From positions 1 through 25,760 of IMG/VR virus record IMGVR_UViG_3300016667_000646: DNA of 25,760 bases. The stretch is one strand, 5' to 3'. Under the pieces are notes generated by a model. That model ran no database searches, had not been told where the DNA came from, and saw only the letters and a program-made list of their open reading frames with translations. This DNA is from a virus. Taxonomy: Duplodnaviria > Caudoviricetes. A program made the translations under genes and the position numbers. Position 1 is the stretch's first letter, and each line of letters begins with the position of its first letter. Positions 1-8,897 of the stretch are shown here, in pieces.

Positions 1-161
1 GCGACAGAGATGTTCTGAGCTCCTCGCACGACGGTCCGTCCAGTGTCATCTTCGCGGTACAGCGTCCACGTCGAGCTTACCGGGACTGAAGCACTGAACG
101 CTACGACGATCTCGTACCCTCCGTAGTCACAGTCCGGCGTGACAGTCAGTGAGATTGTCAT
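1..161 (-). CDS. Minor tail protein, 5' part (runs off the window edge)
   Basis: The ATG at 161 overlaps the tape measure TGA (ATGA). The frame stays open to the edge: MTISLTVTPDCDYGGYEIVVAFSASVPVSSTWTLYREDDTGRTVVRGAQNISV. It lies directly downstream of the tape measure and is not in the ORF track. Confidence 0.7.
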   Translation of the reverse strand, partial: MTISLTVTPDCDYGGYEIVVAFSASVPVSSTWTLYREDDTGRTVVRGAQNISV

Positions 162-3100
162 GACTGAGTGACTCCTCGTGCGTAGACTTGCCGCGAGTAT
201 GCTGTCTGGAAGTCGGTGATCTGCGTGTCGACGATGTCAGTGATGTCACGGTCGCCAATCGTCACTTGCAGGTTCACAGTCGCAGTTCCGGCCGTGATCG
301 TACTTGCAGTCGTAAGAGCAGCGACAGACGCTAGCGCGTTCGCGTCCGGCGGTGCAAGCGTGATTGGGATGTTGCTGAACTCTGACTCGAGAGAGTCTGT
401 GATGCGAGCGACTGCTGGGACAATCGACCTGTCGTACTCTGCCAGCATGCCGACGGCGATGCCTTGCGTGATCGGCACGCCGACTTCTTTCGCGAACCTC
501 TTCGACGGCGACGATGAAGTGATTGCGTCTTTGAAGCCTTTGACCAGGCCGGACATAAAGCCACCGACTTGACGCTTGATCCACTCAGCCATGCCGCTGA
601 TGCCGTTCCAAATGCCTCGTACGATGTCGCCGCCGATGGCGGCAAACTTTCCGGCGATGTCGCCGAGCCAGCCGACTACCTTGCCTGGGAACGACAGCGC
701 CCAGAGTCCGATCTTGCCCATGAACTCTGCAAGCTTGCCGGGTAGCTGCGCGATTGCGTTGGCGATCCAGCCTACCATTGCCGGGATCGCTGCAAGCAGC
801 CAGCCGACGATCTTGCCCGGCAGCGTGAGCAAGAACCTCGCTGCAGTGCCAAGGAAGCTCAAGAACGCGCCAACTGCGCGTGGAATGGCTTCAACGATCC
901 ATCCGAACAGCGCACCAATCGCAGGTACTAGCCAGCCGACAATCTTGCCCGGTAGCGACACGAGGAAGCCGACGATGAAGCCAAGGAACTGGCCAAGGTT
1001 CGCGACTAGTCCAGGGATCGCGTCGATGATCCATTTGAAGAGAGCAGTCGCAGCGCCGGCAAGCCAGCCAAGGATCTTGAGCGGCAGTCCGATAAAGAAT
1101 CCGACCAAGAATCCGAGGAACCGTCCAAGCGCGCTGACAAGGCCGGGAATCGCGTCTACGATCCACTTGAACAGTGCTACTGCGGCTTTCGCCAAGAAGC
1201 TCAAGATCTTGCCGGGTAGAGAGACCAAGAAGCCGAGGATCCAACCGATCGCGTAGCCAAGCCAGTAGGCGATCTTTGGCAGCGCGTCTACGATCCACTT
1301 GAAGAGTGCAGACGCCGCCTTCGCTACCCAGACCAGGATCTTTGCCGGCAGCTCGATGTACAGGAACTTGTACACGGTAAGCAGGAACTTCGGCACATTC
1401 TGCACGAGCCACGGGATCGCTGTGCTCAAGAAGCCACCGATAGCTTCCGCGGCACCGCTGATCCAGCCGCCGATCTTGCCCGGCAGTTCCGCCAGCGTCT
1501 TGCCGACGGCAGAGAAGAACTCTCTCGCCTTCGCAACCGCGGTCGGAATCGCTGTCGTCAGCCACTCCCAAAGCGCCTTAGCCGCATCAGCGACCTTGCC
1601 CGGCAGCTCTTTGACGAACGTCGACACGGCTTCCCACGCTTTAGAGACGAACTCTTTGATCTTGTCCCAGTTCTTGAACGCCCAGACAATCGCAAGGACC
1701 GCGGCGATGACGGCGGCTGCGATCGCAAGGAAGATACCGAGCGGCCCAAGGGCGGCGGCAATTGAAGAACCGATCGCGGCGAACCCTGCACCACCGGCAC
1801 TGACGGCTTGGAAGCCCATGATTGCCGTCTTGACGCCTCCAAGTGCACCGGTCAGCCCTGTCAGTGACGACAGTGCTTTGATCAATCCTGTCAGGCCGGT
1901 ACTGAAGCCGCCGAACGTGATCAGGTTCAGCGCCTTGAACAGCGTGATCATTGTGATCAGCTTCGGTACAATCGCTCCAAAGATCGGGTTCTCAAGAAGC
2001 ACGATCAGGATCTTCATTGCGACAGTAAAGCTCGCAAAGAATGTGCCAAGCCCGCCGCCTTGAGCCAAGCGGTCAAGAAGGACGATGAACGTGTCGACGA
2101 ACGACTGCAGCGCCGGTCCTGCGTTCGCAGACAAGCTCTTGCCGAGCTCTTGCAACGAAGGCAAGATGTCTTTGCGCAGCGTCTGCAGGAACCCGATAAT
2201 GCCGGCAGTGTCACCACCGGCGATTGGCTGGAAGATCGCAAGGATGATGTCGCGTACCAGCAGGTTCACTTCGCGCATGACAGGTACTGCGTTGTCGAAG
2301 ATCTCTTTGATTCGAGACTGGCCTGCCGCGGACTCTGTGAATGTACGCCAACGCTCGGCAAAGTTGCTGAACGTCGTGAAGAACGGCGCAGCGACGTCGC
2401 CACCGATCTTGAAGGTGTTCCAGATCGCAACGATCATGTCGCCGAACGCACGCACGATAAGCTCGGCGCGGTCGTACCACGTTGTCAGTGTCGCTGTTAG
2501 TGAGCCTGAAGCGGCTCCTGCGTTCGTCACGTCTGAGAACTTCTGTGCGACGTTAGCGACAGAGTCAGCGAGACGCTGAGCAAGAGGCTGCGCGGCGCTG
2601 AGGAACGGCAGCAAGCCGTTGATGACCAGCGCTACGACACGGCTCAGTGTGTTCCAAATGCCGACAGACCCGTTCAGGATGTTGTTCAAGTATCCCTGGT
2701 TAGAAGTAGATGTCAGCGTCGCCGCGGCAAGCTTTGCGGTGTTGCCGGCGGCTTGACCGATGCGCACACCGAACTGCGAGAAAGCAGGCACTAGCACCGT
2801 AGTCGTACGGAGAGCTTCAGTAAGCGCCGGTAGCAGCGTCAGCTGAGTAGCTGCACCGACTTTCTTCCACTCGGCAGTAAGGGTTGAAGCCGACTTCTTG
2901 AACTGCTCAAGCGCAGGAGTCTGCGTCTTGAGCGCAAGGATGATCGGCAAGATGCCAGCGGCAAGACCGGCGCCTGCGCCTGCGAACGCGGCACCAAGGC
3001 CACCAAGAGCTGTCGCCAAGTAGCCGATCTGCGCGACCAGGCCGATGATGTACGCGCCGATGATCTTGATCGCTCCGCCGATTGCAGGGACGGCCAAGAC

Positions 3101-3709
3101 AGCGAGCGCTACAAGCGGTGGGACTTTGATCGACTTCAAGAACTTGCCGAGCGGGTTCTTCTTATCTGCGCCGTCGTTGAACGCTTGCGCGAATCGCCGG
3201 CCAAGGCCATCGCCACTGTCGCTGACGTCAGGGAACGCCTTGTCAAGGATACGTCGAAGTGACCCTCCTACACGTCGTCCGTCCCGGTCTTCCGTAGCTT
3301 CGAACCAGTCAGCAGGGCCGTTCGCTGCAAGCTGAGCAAGAGCGACTCGGCGCATGCCGTCAGCCCAACTCATACCGGACTTCTCGCCGGACTTGTCAAT
3401 GTCCGGAAGAGCGCCGTCAACGGCGTCAGTCAGCCCTTGGCCGACGTCACCATCATCAACACCTTTGTTGACGCCGTCGACAAGAGCTTGGCCGGCCTCT
3501 TGGCCGGCGTTCACTGCTGCGTCAAGCGCACCAGAGTTGTCGATGCCTTCGGCTACCGCAGTTCCGACTCGGTCGCCGATGTCGCGGCCAGTGCCTTCAA
3601 CATCGGCGTCCGCAGCGCCTTTGTCGAGGCCGTCTTTGATGTCGGACGCGAGCTTGTCCGTGACAGCTCGGATGATGACGTAAGCGCTACCGACGACTTC
3701 AGCAGCCAT
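158..3709 (-). CDS. Tape measure protein (1183 aa)
   Basis: Long Ala/Gly-rich helical protein with a typical N-terminus (VVGSAYVIIRAVTD), hydrophobic segments, W/F-periodic 11-mer-based repeats and a C-terminal 'SSSPSKRF..EVG..I.QGIAVG' motif. It follows the tail assembly chaperone. Confidence 0.95.
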   Translation of the reverse strand: MAAEVVGSAYVIIRAVTDKLASDIKDGLDKGAADADVEGTGRDIGDRVGTAVAEGIDNSGALDAAVNAGQEAGQALVDGVNKGVDDGDVGQGLTDAVDGALPDIDKSGEKSGMSWADGMRRVALAQLAANGPADWFEATEDRDGRRVGGSLRRILDKAFPDVSDSGDGLGRRFAQAFNDGADKKNPLGKFLKSIKVPPLVALAVLAVPAIGGAIKIIGAYIIGLVAQIGYLATALGGLGAAFAGAGAGLAAGILPIILALKTQTPALEQFKKSASTLTAEWKKVGAATQLTLLPALTEALRTTTVLVPAFSQFGVRIGQAAGNTAKLAAATLTSTSNQGYLNNILNGSVGIWNTLSRVVALVINGLLPFLSAAQPLAQRLADSVANVAQKFSDVTNAGAASGSLTATLTTWYDRAELIVRAFGDMIVAIWNTFKIGGDVAAPFFTTFSNFAERWRTFTESAAGQSRIKEIFDNAVPVMREVNLLVRDIILAIFQPIAGGDTAGIIGFLQTLRKDILPSLQELGKSLSANAGPALQSFVDTFIVLLDRLAQGGGLGTFFASFTVAMKILIVLLENPIFGAIVPKLITMITLFKALNLITFGGFSTGLTGLIKALSSLTGLTGALGGVKTAIMGFQAVSAGGAGFAAIGSSIAAALGPLGIFLAIAAAVIAAVLAIVWAFKNWDKIKEFVSKAWEAVSTFVKELPGKVADAAKALWEWLTTAIPTAVAKAREFFSAVGKTLAELPGKIGGWISGAAEAIGGFLSTAIPWLVQNVPKFLLTVYKFLYIELPAKILVWVAKAASALFKWIVDALPKIAYWLGYAIGWILGFLVSLPGKILSFLAKAAVALFKWIVDAIPGLVSALGRFLGFLVGFFIGLPLKILGWLAGAATALFKWIIDAIPGLVANLGQFLGFIVGFLVSLPGKIVGWLVPAIGALFGWIVEAIPRAVGAFLSFLGTAARFLLTLPGKIVGWLLAAIPAMVGWIANAIAQLPGKLAEFMGKIGLWALSFPGKVVGWLGDIAGKFAAIGGDIVRGIWNGISGMAEWIKRQVGGFMSGLVKGFKDAITSSSPSKRFAKEVGVPITQGIAVGMLAEYDRSIVPAVARITDSLESEFSNIPITLAPPDANALASVAALTTASTITAGTATVNLQVTIGDRDITDIVDTQITDFQTAYSRQVYARGVTQS
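824..1351 (-). repeat. Four tandem 44-aa (132-bp) repeats within the tape measure
   Basis: Units LPxKIxxWxxxAxxALFxWIxxAIP...; the DNA motif atcca(c/t)..gaa recurs at about 897, 1029, 1161 and 1293, a 132-bp spacing. Confidence 0.85.
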
Positions 3710-3718
3710 TGGTCGGCC

Positions 3719-4018
3719 TTACATCATGAACGGCCCGTCGCCGCCGGCACCTGGCGCTGCGCCGTACTTGCGCGCAATCGCTGGCAGCCCGGTCTCGGCT
3801 TCGAACTCGATGTCCTCGAAGATGTCCTCGACTGACTCCATCGCTTCGGCTTGCTCCTTGTAGAGCTTCGCCTGCTCCCGGAGCAGTGAAAAGCCGACGT
3901 CGTAGAGGAGACGTGGATGCAGGTCCCGCAGGTCGCGCCCGGTCTGAAGAGTGTAGAGCCCGGACACCCAGGCCCACTCTTTCAGTAGCCAGCTGTAGAC
4001 AGCGACTGCGGTCCCGTA
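3719..4018 (-). CDS. Tail assembly chaperone, frameshifted C-terminal extension (gpT-like)
   Basis: The -1 frame relative to 3982..4335 is open from about 4105 and reads YGTAVAVYSWLLKEWAWVSGLYTLQTGRDLRDL... to the TAA at 3719. It sits immediately upstream of the tape measure, and the GTG at 3967 has no clear SD. Confidence 0.75.
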   Translation of the reverse strand, partial: YGTAVAVYSWLLKEWAWVSGLYTLQTGRDLRDLHPRLLYDVGFSLLREQAKLYKEQAEAMESVEDIFEDIEFEAETGLPAIARKYGAAPGAGGDGPFMM

Positions 4019-4335
4019 GGGCGCGCAGAGTACTGCTCCGAGACCCAGCCAGCCATCTCGCTGAGGATCTCGAGCGACACGCCGTTGTCGGGGTTGTCGA
4101 CGAACTCACGGAAGCCTTCCCACTCACTCGGTTCGACAGCGGCTTGCAGGAGGCCGAAGACCGCTTTGGCCATCGACGCCGGGTCGCTCTCGCTTGCTTC
4201 TGACAGGAAGTCCAGCAGCATCGAGCCAGCGACGGCTCGCCTGCATTTGAACGTCGCAGACTCGCCTTCCGGTGACTCGAGCTCGATGACGATCGGGTCG
4301 TCGGATACATAGCCTTTGAACTTCTTCGTTGCCAT
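3982..4335 (-). CDS. Tail assembly chaperone (gpG-like, 117 aa)
   Basis: Acidic helical protein ending ...WVSEQYSARPT, the typical actinophage TAC ending. AGAAAGG RBS; position before the tape measure. Confidence 0.85.
   Translation of the reverse strand: MATKKFKGYVSDDPIVIELESPEGESATFKCRRAVAGSMLLDFLSEASESDPASMAKAVFGLLQAAVEPSEWEGFREFVDNPDNGVSLEILSEMAGWVSEQYSARPTGPQSLSTAGY
4015..4023 (-). promoter_or_regulatory. Candidate -1 programmed frameshift site CGC CCT ACG (R-P-T to R-P-Y)
   Basis: Re-pairing of tRNA-Pro from CCT to CCC joins the TAC to the downstream -1 frame ORF, giving a fusion of about 205 aa. Confidence 0.55.
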
Positions 4336-4441
4336 TGTGCAGTGACCTTTCTGCGCCTGATGTGAGGGCCTGTCTTCGGCCGTATGAACGGCTCCGTGCG
4401 GCCGTGTACTGTCAGTCTGGTGGATACAGTACCCCAGAACC

Positions 4442-4885
4442 TCAGCCTGGCACAGCCTTCTTGAGGGCTCTTAGCATGAAGTCATTCGCGACTGTGCCGG
4501 GGTGGTTCACGCTCTTGGCGTACACTACTTTGCCGAGTTTCTTCCACGTGAACTTGAGGTACTCATGGCGCTTCGGCTTGATGATGTGAGGCACGGTGCC
4601 TTTGTGCACGAAGATTGCGTACGGCGGCACCGCAATGACACGCCCTTCAACTTCGTTGCCCCATTTGCCGAAGCCGAACGTGATGCCGGTAAGCGACAGC
4701 CGGCCGGTCGCGTAGTTGATCGACGTGCGGTTGCGCGGCGCGCGGCCTGGAGCAGGAGCTTCGAGTCGCGTCAGTGTCGCGGTCTTGATCGTCTTCTCTT
4801 TGATGTGACGGCCGACCATGCCCGGCTGCGAACGGAACGCGCGCTGCCAGCCTGCGACGTCAGGTACGAAGATGACTTCAGCCAC
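4442..4885 (-). CDS. HK97 gp10-like neck/tail completion protein (147 aa)
   Basis: Basic protein with the motifs YAIFVHKGTVPHIIKP...LKF...VYAKSVNHPGT..NDFMLRAL. Confidence 0.75.
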   Translation of the reverse strand: MAEVIFVPDVAGWQRAFRSQPGMVGRHIKEKTIKTATLTRLEAPAPGRAPRNRTSINYATGRLSLTGITFGFGKWGNEVEGRVIAVPPYAIFVHKGTVPHIIKPKRHEYLKFTWKKLGKVVYAKSVNHPGTVANDFMLRALKKAVPG

Positions 4886-5318
4886 AGCAGTTGCTCAGCC
4901 CGTAGCCTGCACCATCAGTGCACGGCATCGGCATCGTCAGCTGGAGAGAAGTGATCGCGATGCCACCTTCAATCGTCCAGCCGACAGACCACTCGGACTC
5001 GACGTACTCCTGGCCAACGGCTCGAAGAGACGCACCGTCTTCGTCGATCTGTTCCGACACAGAGCTGATGACTTCAAGGTTGTTCGTGCCGTCCGGGTTC
5101 GACTCGTTAGCGCAGTCACGCGCAAGAGTGACAATGACGGTGACACGGCCGCAGTCACAGTTCGGCAGCGCGGACTTGTCGAGTGACGTCACGGCGACAA
5201 TGAGAGACTCGCAGTCGACTACCTGAGTGCCGACTTGCGCGAATGCTGTGGCCGGCGGGTTGTCGAGCGCACAGACGACCGTCTCGAGGATCGAGTTTGC
5301 AAGCTGGAACGGTGTCAT
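4878..5318 (-). CDS. Putative tail terminator / tail completion protein (146 aa, acidic, Cys-rich)
   Basis: AGGAGAG RBS. Size and position next to the gp10-like gene fit; the function is inferred from synteny only. Confidence 0.5.
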   Translation of the reverse strand: MTPFQLANSILETVVCALDNPPATAFAQVGTQVVDCESLIVAVTSLDKSALPNCDCGRVTVIVTLARDCANESNPDGTNNLEVISSVSEQIDEDGASLRAVGQEYVESEWSVGWTIEGGIAITSLQLTMPMPCTDGAGYGLSNCCG

Positions 5319-5331
5319 GTCTCTCCTAGGT

Positions 5332-5383
5332 GCAGCACCGGCACACCGGCGCAGTGGTCACAAACTCAGTGTGCCGGTGCTGC
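5332..5383 (-). terminator. Intergenic 15-bp perfect inverted repeat (stem-loop, no U-tract)
   Basis: gcagcaccggcacac (5332-5346) pairs with gtgtgccggtgctgc (5369-5383) around a 22-nt loop, just after the stop at 5387. Confidence 0.6.
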
Positions 5384-5386
5384 GAC

Positions 5387-5677
5387 TCAGCCGAGGCTCC
5401 ATGCTTCTGCCTCGGCGACGAGGTGGGCGGGCTCTTCGTGCACGGCATTGGCGGCGTCGGCGAGCGGCAGCACGCCCTGCACCACGAGCAGCGTCGCCAG
5501 GGCGCCAGCAGCGTCAAGCGGCGGGTAGTCGCACGTCATGTCCCACTCTTCTTGCGTCATCGGACGTGAAGACACGACGGCGCCGTTCTCTTCGTACGTC
5601 ACGGTGCGCGCTACCGGGTCATACTGCACCGCGCTGATGCAGTTGCCAGTGTAGTCGATTACTTCGTCGCGTCTCAT
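5387..5677 (-). CDS. Hypothetical protein, possible fibre assembly chaperone (96 aa)
   Basis: The ATG at 5677 overlaps the fibre TGA (TGATG). Small ORF directly downstream of the fibre gene. Confidence 0.6.
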   Translation of the reverse strand: MRRDEVIDYTGNCISAVQYDPVARTVTYEENGAVVSSRPMTQEEWDMTCDYPPLDAAGALATLLVVQGVLPLADAANAVHEEPAHLVAEAEAWSLG

Positions 5678-7707
5678 CAGCTGACCCCCCACCACGGCTG
5701 GTACTGCCAGTTAGTGTTGAATGTGTACGACGGGTTAGTCGGGAACCCGGCGGCACACCCTGTAATAAGACACGCTCTTTGACGCTCTGGTGTGGTCGGT
5801 ACAGGCCCGGCCGGAAGCCACCATGCTCCGGCGCTGTTGTTGGTGTAGCCAGACAGTCTGGCAGTTTGAGAAGCAGAAGTAGAAGCGACAAACAGCCACA
5901 TGATCGGCCCGACCGTAGTGTACGGAGACGCAAGGCTCAAGTACTTGTAGCCAGTAGTGGCGCTACCAGTACCGACTGTGTACGCTGCGTCATACAGTGG
6001 CGCGCCGGTCGGGAGGCCTGAAGTATCGGAAGCGTACAGACCTACTCGGATGCTTTCACCAGCAGCGCCTAAAGTGGTCAAGTTGATCACTACAGAGTTG
6101 ACGACTCGTCCTACGCCGACAGGCAGCGGCGTGCCGTACGCGTTGCCAGAAGTCGGGTTCGGTGCGAACGAGTTAGTCGAGGACACCGTAGTGCCAAGAC
6201 CTAAGATCAACGAGCCCGATGTGACGAACGGTTGGATCATGCCGTGCTGGCCGACTCTTGCGGCGTCTACGGTCCCAGTAGTAATCTGAGAGCCGGCAAG
6301 AGCAAGTTCGTCCGAGCCGCCGTCTTGGTGACTTGCAGCATGTGCTGTCGGCGTGCGTGCATCGGACAGACGAGAGTCGTCGCCGGCAGCGACTGTACCT
6401 GCAGTCGTACCGACGTTCAGTGCTGCAGCTCCGCCAAGACCTGTAACTTGTGAGCTTGCGACTGTGACAGGGTCACTTCCTGCAGCACCGTGTGAAGCAG
6501 CGTGTGAAGTAGGTGTACGCGCGTCAGTCAGTCGAGAGTCAGTAGACGAGACGATGCCGCCGTGCGCCGTCGTCGTCAGGCCTTCGTGCGTCGTCAGGTT
6601 CGTCTGCACACTGGCCGCTGCACCAGCTGCGTCAAAGCTGCCGCGAGTGCCATCAGCCAGCGCGTACTGCACGTGGTCATCATCCGCCAGACCCGTGAGG
6701 CCTCCGTGGTCAGACACCGCAGTTCCGGCGCCTACACGCGCCATCGACCTGATGTCTTCGACGGCGACAAGCTTCGCGTGCGGAGTGTTCGAGTACGAAG
6801 TCGATGTCGCGTAGATCAGCTTGTAGAGCGGCCGGAACTCGAGAGATGGAAAGCCGCCAAGACTCAGGTTCTCCCACAGCGCGCTAGTAGCATGTGTCTC
6901 CGAAGTGTACTCAGCCTGTCCAAGGATAGCGAACACCGGGTAGTTCAGGTTGTTTGTCGCGACCAGCCACGAGATCCCGTACTTGTTGTTGCCAAGGTCA
7001 GGAGTCGTCCACGCGCCGCCGGAGTACAGGTTGTAAGCAACACGGCTCGTGCCTTGCTTCATCGGGAACTGTGTCGGCGCGTCAAGCACCCAGTCACCAG
7101 AGCCTGTCATGTACGCGACAGGGAACTCGCCGACGGGCGCGATGACTTGCTCCCACGTGTCAGGTGTAGGAGACAGCGAGTTCAAGATGTCGACTTGGAT
7201 GTCTTCGTCGTAGAACGTCCCGTCGGTCAGACCGACTTGCGCATCAGCATCGGCAGAGCCAGTGCCAGCGACAGTGTAGTTCCCTAGCACAAAGCCGCTT
7301 GCAAGAGATGCGCCACGAGTGCGATGCAAGTACTCGTGGGTCTGCCAATCGAGCACCATGCCGTGTCGTTCGTCCGCGAAGTACTCTGCTTTGCCGGTGC
7401 TCGAGTTCCAGTAGACGTATGACGTCGGCACCTGGTTCTCAAGGTCGAAGAACGAAGTCTGGTACGTGTACGCGCCTGAAGCAAAGTAGATGTAGTAGAG
7501 GCCGGTCGTGTTTGGAACTGTCACGGTCTGAGCAGACGTGAAGTTGAACGCTACTCCGTCTTGGTAGACGTCGAACGACGCGGCAGCCGGCGCGATCGTG
7601 AATGTCCGAGACGTGTCGTCGAACGAGATGACAGAGTCGACTCGGTTCGGGTAGCCTGAAGGCTCGTGCGTGATGTTTGAAGTGCCGGTGCCACCGGCTG
7701 AGACTGC
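5677..7707 (-). CDS. Fibre protein, C-terminal portion (in frame with 7708..8547 beyond a TAG)
   Basis: The frame is open from 7707 (AVSAGGTGTSNITHEPSGYPNRVDSVISFDDTSRTFTIAP...). It is Thr/Ser/Gly-rich, with a [16 protein letters not shown] motif, two DSRLxDARTPTxHAASH repeats and a beta-rich C-terminal domain. The first possible start (GTG 7524) lacks an SD. Confidence 0.8.
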   Translation of the reverse strand, partial: AVSAGGTGTSNITHEPSGYPNRVDSVISFDDTSRTFTIAPAAASFDVYQDGVAFNFTSAQTVTVPNTTGLYYIYFASGAYTYQTSFFDLENQVPTSYVYWNSSTGKAEYFADERHGMVLDWQTHEYLHRTRGASLASGFVLGNYTVAGTGSADADAQVGLTDGTFYDEDIQVDILNSLSPTPDTWEQVIAPVGEFPVAYMTGSGDWVLDAPTQFPMKQGTSRVAYNLYSGGAWTTPDLGNNKYGISWLVATNNLNYPVFAILGQAEYTSETHATSALWENLSLGGFPSLEFRPLYKLIYATSTSYSNTPHAKLVAVEDIRSMARVGAGTAVSDHGGLTGLADDDHVQYALADGTRGSFDAAGAAASVQTNLTTHEGLTTTAHGGIVSSTDSRLTDARTPTSHAASHGAAGSDPVTVASSQVTGLGGAAALNVGTTAGTVAAGDDSRLSDARTPTAHAASHQDGGSDELALAGSQITTGTVDAARVGQHGMIQPFVTSGSLILGLGTTVSSTNSFAPNPTSGNAYGTPLPVGVGRVVNSVVINLTTLGAAGESIRVGLYASDTSGLPTGAPLYDAAYTVGTGSATTGYKYLSLASPYTTVGPIMWLFVASTSASQTARLSGYTNNSAGAWWLPAGPVPTTPERQRACLITGCAAGFPTNPSYTFNTNWQYQPWWGVS

Positions 7708-8547
7708 CTACTCAGGAGAGCCACCAGCGCCGATCGTCAGTACATCGGCGACAGAAGCCGCAGAGTAGTCCGGCAGGTCGAACATCGAGCCTGCCCGCTG
7801 CACAGTCAGCCACGAGCCGCCAGTGTAAGCCGCAAAGCCTACGACGTTACCTGACTCGATCGTGTACGACGTAAGAAAGCCGTTGATAAACTCGCCGGCC
7901 GGCGGCACTACATCTACGGCGGCAAGGCCCGCAACAATGAAGTACGCCTGCCCTGCGTACGCGTCAGCTGACGGCAACGTCAACGTGTCACCGCCGCCGC
8001 CTACGTACAGCACGTACCCAGGCTCTACACCATCGACCGTAAAGTCACTCGATGTGACAGCGAACTGGTCAGGTTGCGCACGTTGGAAGAGGCCACGAGT
8101 CCCGTCTGCAAGTGCGTATTGAGTGTGGTCGTCGTCGCCAAGTCCGGTCAGTCCGCCGTGGTCAGTGACACCGCCGCCGGTCTGGTCGACCCACTCGGTG
8201 TTGTAGTCAGTGCCGTCGATCTTCGCGAGCACTTGACCTGCGTCTCCGCCTACAGGTACACCGACTCCTGGGTCACCTTGTGGGCCCGGATCGCCTTGCG
8301 GCCCTGGGTCGCCCTGAGGTCCTGTGTCTCCGGGCGGCCCTGGGTCTCCGGGTGGTCCAGGGTCACCCTGCGGACCGGGGTCTCCTTGTGGCCCTTGTGG
8401 CCCTTGAGGGCCTGTTGCTCCAGGAGGTCCTGGGTCACCTTGAGGACCTTGCGGCCCGACGTTCGAAGTAGCGTTGACGACTTCGATAATGACAGGACAG
8501 TTTGTGACACTGATGCCGTTCTCTTCAATGACGGTGATCGTAACCAT
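7708..8547 (-). CDS. Collagen-like fibre protein, N-terminal portion (279 aa to the TAG)
   Basis: 21 Gly-X-Y triplets, followed by [24 protein letters not shown] and a [16 protein letters not shown] motif. TGATG coupling to the upstream gene. Confidence 0.85.
   Translation of the reverse strand: MVTITVIEENGISVTNCPVIIEVVNATSNVGPQGPQGDPGPPGATGPQGPQGPQGDPGPQGDPGPPGDPGPPGDTGPQGDPGPQGDPGPQGDPGVGVPVGGDAGQVLAKIDGTDYNTEWVDQTGGGVTDHGGLTGLGDDDHTQYALADGTRGLFQRAQPDQFAVTSSDFTVDGVEPGYVLYVGGGGDTLTLPSADAYAGQAYFIVAGLAAVDVVPPAGEFINGFLTSYTIESGNVVGFAAYTGGSWLTVQRAGSMFDLPDYSAASVADVLTIGAGGSPE
8269..8457 (-). repeat. Collagen triple-helix repeat (GPQ/GDP/GPP x21)
   Basis: Uninterrupted G-X-Y run at aa 31-93 of 7708..8547. 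Confidence 0.95.
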
Positions 8548-8897
8548 CAGAGCGTCCAGTGCTCGACGATGAACGGCCCACTCGCAAGCGGCACATCGTT
8601 CAGCGTGTCATTCCACTCCATTGCCCACCAGTAGCGACCGGGCGCAAGGTCAGCATCGTCTTTGTCGACGTAGATCCTGAACACGCCGTTCGCTGGGTCA
8701 ACCAAAGAAGCGACGAACGCCTTGAGTACAGTGTCGTCTTTCTCAGACGTCGTCACTTTCGCAGTCACGGTGAAGCCAGTGATGTCGACAGGCGCGTTGT
8801 TCTGTGTCGCAGTCATCGTACGAGACCACGTGCAGTTCTCGCGGACGTTCCACCATACGTCAGCGCCGGTGTCATCGAAGCTCTTGCGCACGCTCAT
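8547..8897 (-). CDS. Small beta-rich virion protein, possible fibre-attachment (BppU-N-like) protein (116 aa)
   Basis: The pattern [13 protein letters not shown]...[12 protein letters not shown]...LAPGRYWW resembles Ig-like domains that precede phage fibres. It is coupled to both neighbouring genes. Confidence 0.55.
   Translation of the reverse strand: MSVRKSFDDTGADVWWNVRENCTWSRTMTATQNNAPVDITGFTVTAKVTTSEKDDTVLKAFVASLVDPANGVFRIYVDKDDADLAPGRYWWAMEWNDTLNDVPLASGPFIVEHWTL

Noticed and set aside
3699-4310. 203-aa alternate-frame minus-strand ORF across the chaperone genes
   Set aside because: Low-complexity Arg/Ser-rich translation in the third frame; the G/GT arrangement explains the region.
824-8457. 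CRISPR array or diversity-generating retroelement template/variable repeats
   Set aside because: The repeats are in-frame coding repeats (tape measure, collagen, fibre motifs) with synonymous rather than adenine-specific differences; there are no spacers and no reverse transcriptase in the window.
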